The notes beneath the pieces are model-generated. The model made no database searches. It was not told the origin of the DNA and worked only from the letters and a program-made list of their open reading frames with translations. From Acidimicrobiales bacterium (GTDB taxonomy: Bacteria; Actinomycetota; Acidimicrobiia; Acidimicrobiales; CADCTF01), in NCBI GenBank assembly GCA_035540495.1, contig DATLGL010000064.1, positions 4,265-68,264 on the forward strand: 64,000 bases of DNA. The letters run 5' to 3'. The position numbers and the translations under genes are program-made. Below, in pieces: positions 60,674 to 64,000 of the stretch (position 1 is its first letter; each line of letters begins with the position of its first letter).

Positions 60674-61156
60674 GTGCGCGGGATGTCGAACGACGGGGCG
60701 GGGCTCGGGTGCTCGATCGCACGCACCCTCGAGGTCATCGGTGACCGCTGGTCGATCCTGATCCTGCGCGACTCGTTCCGGGGCGTGCGGCGCTTCGACG
60801 AGTTCCAGCGTGATCTGGGCATCGCGCGCAACATCCTCACCGACCGCCTCCAGAAGCTCGTCGACCACGGCGTGCTCGAACGGCGGCCGTACCAGCAGCG
60901 GCCTGTCCGCTACGAGTACCGGCTCACTCCGAAGGGGATCGACCTCTCCCCCGCCCTCGTCGCGCTGATGCGATGGGGCGACACCTGGCTGTGCGGCGAC
61001 GCCGGCGCGCCCCTCGAGCTCACCCACAAGGCGTGCGGGACCCCGCTCGACCAGGCGTTCATCTGCTGGGAGTGCGAGACGACCGTCCGCCCGACCGAGA
61101 TCCGCAGCCGCCCCGGCCCGGGCGCGCACGAACGCGCCCACAAGGAGACCGCGTGA
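60674..61156 (+). CDS. HxlR-family transcriptional regulator with C-terminal Cys-rich extension
   Basis: CSIARTLEVIGDRWSILILRD...RYEYRLTPKG (HxlR wHTH). The tail HKACG...ICWECETT is zinc-ribbon-like. The start may be ATG 60683. Confidence 0.9.
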   Translation: MRGMSNDGAGLGCSIARTLEVIGDRWSILILRDSFRGVRRFDEFQRDLGIARNILTDRLQKLVDHGVLERRPYQQRPVRYEYRLTPKGIDLSPALVALMRWGDTWLCGDAGAPLELTHKACGTPLDQAFICWECETTVRPTEIRSRPGPGAHERAHKETA

Positions 61157-63420
61157 ACCTGCTCGCCACGCCCCTCGACGAGCTGCTCGCGGCGGCGCGC
61201 GAGATCAAGTTCGCGACGACGGGGACTCGCGTCACCTGGTCGCCGAAGGTCTTTATCCCCTTGACGATGTTGTGCCGCGACAAGTGCGGCTACTGCACCT
61301 TCGCCAAGGCGCCCGCCCGCATCGACAGCCCGTACCTGACCCCGGAGCAGGTGCTCGCCATCGCCGAGCAGGGGAAGCGGGCTGGCGTTCGTGAAGCGTT
61401 GTTCACGCTCGGCGAGCGGCCCGAGGAGCGGTATCCCGTCGCCCGCGACTGGCTCGACGCGAACGGTTACGCGTCGACCATCGACTACCTCGCCGCGATG
61501 TGCAAGCTCGTGCTCGACGAGACCGGGCTGCTCCCCCACGCCAACGCCGGCGCGCTCCACCGAGACGAGCTGGCGAAGCTTCGCGAGGTCAGCGCGAGCC
61601 AGGGGATGATGCTCGAGTCGCTGCGCGACGACCTCGACGCGCACCGCGGCTCGCCGGACAAGACGCCCGAGCGCCGCCTCGCGACCCTCGAGGCCGCCGG
61701 CGCGCTCAAGATCCCGTTCACGACCGGGATCCTCTGCGGGATCGGCGAGACGAGGCAAGACCGGATCGTCGCTCTCGACGCGATCGCCGACTCCCATCGC
61801 AGGCACGGCCACGTGCAAGAGGTCATCGTGCAGAACTTCCTGCCGAAGCCGGGAACCTCCATGCACAACGCACCGCCGTGCCCGCACGACGAGTTCCTCT
61901 GGTCGATCGCTGCGGCGCGCCTCATCCTTCCGCCGGAGATCCACCTGCAGGCGCCGCCGAACCTGTCCGACGACTTCGGCGTCCTGCTCGACGCGGGCAT
62001 CGACGACTGGGGCGGCGTCTCCCCGGTGACGATCGACCACGTGAACCCGGAGCGCCCGTGGCCCGACGTCGAGAAGATCCGCGTCGAGACCGAGGCGGCA
62101 GGGCGCACGCTGGCACCGCGCCTCACCATCTACCCGGAGTTCGCTCTGGCACCCGCGACGTGGCTCGCGCCCGCGCTCCGGTTCCCCGTGCAGGACCTCT
62201 CCGACGCCGAAGGCCTCGCCCGTGATCCCTCGGAGCACTGGTACTCCGGCGCCGACGAGGAACCGCCCGGCCTCGTGCCCGCGCCGCTCCCGACCGCCCA
62301 CAGCCCGGTCGGTGAGGTGCTCGCCGGCGTGGCCGCGGGGCAGACCGTGGATGTCGACCAGATCGTCACCCTGTTCGGGGCCCGTGGGCCCGAGGTCGCC
62401 GCGGTCGCCGAGGTGGCCGACGACCTCCGGCGCCAGATCTGCGGCGACGACGTCACCTTCGTCGTGAACCGCAACATCAACTACACGAACGTCTGCACCT
62501 TCAAGTGCCGGTTCTGCGCCTTCTCGAAGGGTCCGCTCTCTCTCAACCTCCGTGGCGCTCCCTACCTCCTCGACCTTTCGGAGATCACCGCCCGGGTCGT
62601 GGAGGCCGAGGCCAAGGGCGCGACCGAGGTCTGCCTTCAGGGAGGCATCCACCCCGACTTCGACGGCGACTACTACCTCCACGTGATCGAGGCGGTGCGC
62701 GAGGCGTCGCCGACGATCCACATCCACGGCTTCACCGCGCTCGAGGTGACGGAGGGGGCGAAGCGCAACGAGGAGCCGCTGGCCGACTACCTGAAGCGAC
62801 TGATGGCGGCGGGGCTCAAGACGCTGCCCGGCACGGCGGCCGAGATCCTCGACGACGAGATCCGGGCCGACCTCTGCCCCGACAAGATCACCACCGACGA
62901 GTGGCTCGACGCGCACCGCACCGCGCACTCCGTCGGCCTCCGGTCGAACGTCACGATCATGTTCGGCTCGATCGAGCAGCCGGTGCACTGGGCCCGCCAC
63001 ATCGTGCGCACCCGCGCGCTCCAACGAGAGACCGGCGGCTTCACCGAGTTCGTGCCCCTCCCGTTCGTGCACATGGCGGCGCCGATGTACCTGCAGCGGA
63101 AGAGCCGTCGTGGGCCCACGTTCCGCGAGGCGCTGCTCATGCACTCGGTCGCGCGCATCGCCTACCGCGGCGCGATCGACAACATCCAGGTGTCGTGGGT
63201 CAAGATGGGCTCGGCCGGCGCACGCCAGGCGCTGCAGGCGGGCGCCAACGACCTCGGGGGCACCCTCATGGACGAGAACATCTCACGGGCCGCCGGTGCG
63301 ACGCACGGTCAGGAGATGAATGCGGAGGGGTTCGCGGCCATGGTCGAGGGGCTGCCGAGGCCGCGTCGCGTCGTGCCGCGGACGACGCTGTACGGCACCC
63401 CCGTCACCACCGGCGTCTGA
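61153..63420 (+). CDS. fbiC: FO synthase (7,8-didemethyl-8-hydroxy-5-deazariboflavin synthase, fused CofG/CofH)
   Basis: GTG 61153 overlaps the hxlR-like TGA (GTGA). Two radical-SAM motifs: CRDKCGYCTF and CTFKCRFCAF. 755 aa. Confidence 0.95.
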   Translation: MNLLATPLDELLAAAREIKFATTGTRVTWSPKVFIPLTMLCRDKCGYCTFAKAPARIDSPYLTPEQVLAIAEQGKRAGVREALFTLGERPEERYPVARDWLDANGYASTIDYLAAMCKLVLDETGLLPHANAGALHRDELAKLREVSASQGMMLESLRDDLDAHRGSPDKTPERRLATLEAAGALKIPFTTGILCGIGETRQDRIVALDAIADSHRRHGHVQEVIVQNFLPKPGTSMHNAPPCPHDEFLWSIAAARLILPPEIHLQAPPNLSDDFGVLLDAGIDDWGGVSPVTIDHVNPERPWPDVEKIRVETEAAGRTLAPRLTIYPEFALAPATWLAPALRFPVQDLSDAEGLARDPSEHWYSGADEEPPGLVPAPLPTAHSPVGEVLAGVAAGQTVDVDQIVTLFGARGPEVAAVAEVADDLRRQICGDDVTFVVNRNINYTNVCTFKCRFCAFSKGPLSLNLRGAPYLLDLSEITARVVEAEAKGATEVCLQGGIHPDFDGDYYLHVIEAVREASPTIHIHGFTALEVTEGAKRNEEPLADYLKRLMAAGLKTLPGTAAEILDDEIRADLCPDKITTDEWLDAHRTAHSVGLRSNVTIMFGSIEQPVHWARHIVRTRALQRETGGFTEFVPLPFVHMAAPMYLQRKSRRGPTFREALLMHSVARIAYRGAIDNIQVSWVKMGSAGARQALQAGANDLGGTLMDENISRAAGATHGQEMNAEGFAAMVEGLPRPRRVVPRTTLYGTPVTTGV

Positions 63421-63985
63421 CCCGCCGGGAGCCGTCGTCGCCGACCACCACGGTCGCCGGGACAAGCGCGGCTTCCCACGTGATCGGCCCTGCGGGTTCC
63501 CACTCCGCCACGACGACCTCGAACTCGCGCCCGTCGTCGCTCCCGCCCGTCACGTCGAGCACCAGTTCGCCGTCGGGCTCGCTGATGCCGCGGCCCCACA
63601 CGTTCGTCAGCCAGCCGACCGGCAGCTCCGCGCTCACGGCAACCGGCTGGCCGGTATCGAGCCGCGCGGCGACCATCGGCGACGCCCGTTCGGGGCGGGC
63701 CGGGGAGATGCTGATCTCCGCCGGTCCGCAGCCGAGGCGCTCGCCGAAGCGACGGATCGCCGGCGTCGCTCGCACCGACAGCGCGGCGCCGACGCGAAGG
63801 CCGTGGGTCGCCCGGAACGCCTCGTCGCTCCACCGATCGGCGCACGATGCGAGAACGGTCAGCACCAGGCGGTCGATCATCGGGCCACTCATCGACAGGA
63901 GGCGCCGGAGGTCGTCGCGCCGTTGGAGGCTGCGCTCGACCGCCGCGATCGCCGCCGAAGGAAGCGAGCGGCGGGGGAAGCCCAC
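63404..63985 (-). CDS. hypothetical protein (possibly longer, may continue beyond window)
   Basis: 193-aa ORF with acceptable G/C3. Convergent 17-nt overlap with the fbiC 3' end. No domain recognised. Confidence 0.4.
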   Translation of the reverse strand: MGFPRRSLPSAAIAAVERSLQRRDDLRRLLSMSGPMIDRLVLTVLASCADRWSDEAFRATHGLRVGAALSVRATPAIRRFGERLGCGPAEISISPARPERASPMVAARLDTGQPVAVSAELPVGWLTNVWGRGISEPDGELVLDVTGGSDDGREFEVVVAEWEPAGPITWEAALVPATVVVGDDGSRRVRRRW

Positions 63986-64000
63986 CGACGACGTCGCGAG

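Noticed and set aside
1-64000. Search for tRNA, rRNA, tmRNA, CRISPR arrays, IS elements with transposase, and integrase genes.
   Set aside because: None was found. All gaps over 100 bp (1793-1899, 14138-14471, 17091-17426, 25690-25880, 38503-38707, 49079-49179, 60571-60673) were read on both strands. None shows cloverleaf-compatible arms or repeat-spacer periodicity, and no transposase- or integrase-like ORF is present.

Overview
High-GC (roughly 70%) actinobacterial chromosomal segment that is almost fully coding. I saw no rRNA, tRNA or CRISPR array. Many long reverse-frame and N-terminally extended ORFs in the track are GC-driven shadow ORFs. I resolved real genes by domain motifs, third-position G/C bias and stop/start junctions.

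Main blocks:
1. 4.3-14.1 kb, minus strand: a complete Mce-type uptake operon (Mkl-like ATPase, two YrbE permeases, six Mce proteins, one Mce-associated protein). It is chained by seven 4-nt stop/start overlaps, and the last Mce protein ends in an LPATG sortase-type signal.
2. 19.1-22.8 kb: helY-tatC-tatA.
3. 27.2-38.5 kb, minus strand: the Pup-proteasome locus (mpa, dop, pup, prcB, prcA, pafA). No pafBC is present, and three DNA-repair/nuclease genes (endonuclease VII, Nei/Fpg, Pyr_excise-like) are wedged between pup and prcB.
4. 41.3-43.2 kb: a thiS-like/ttuA-like/trmI cluster, which adds a second ubiquitin-like (GG-type) carrier next to Pup.
5. 49.1-60.6 kb, plus strand: an uncharacterised 3-gene module plus a FIST protein, running directly into a full pentose-phosphate operon (tkt-tal-pgi-gnd-zwf-opcA-pgl).
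6. 60.7-63.4 kb: an HxlR-type regulator translationally coupled to fbiC (F420 FO synthase).

Other observations:
- An ~80-bp element occurs twice, each time immediately after a GCG-TAA gene end; one copy carries a nested 28-bp-stem hairpin insertion.
- Three enzymes (HAD, GDPD, methyltransferase) have conserved N-terminal motifs upstream of any ATG/GTG/TTG.
- A RecA-NDp-like promoter motif lies in the mpa/ferredoxin divergent region.

Limits: small-motif coordinates were read by eye and may be off by 1-2 nt. All family calls come from motif recognition, not database searches.
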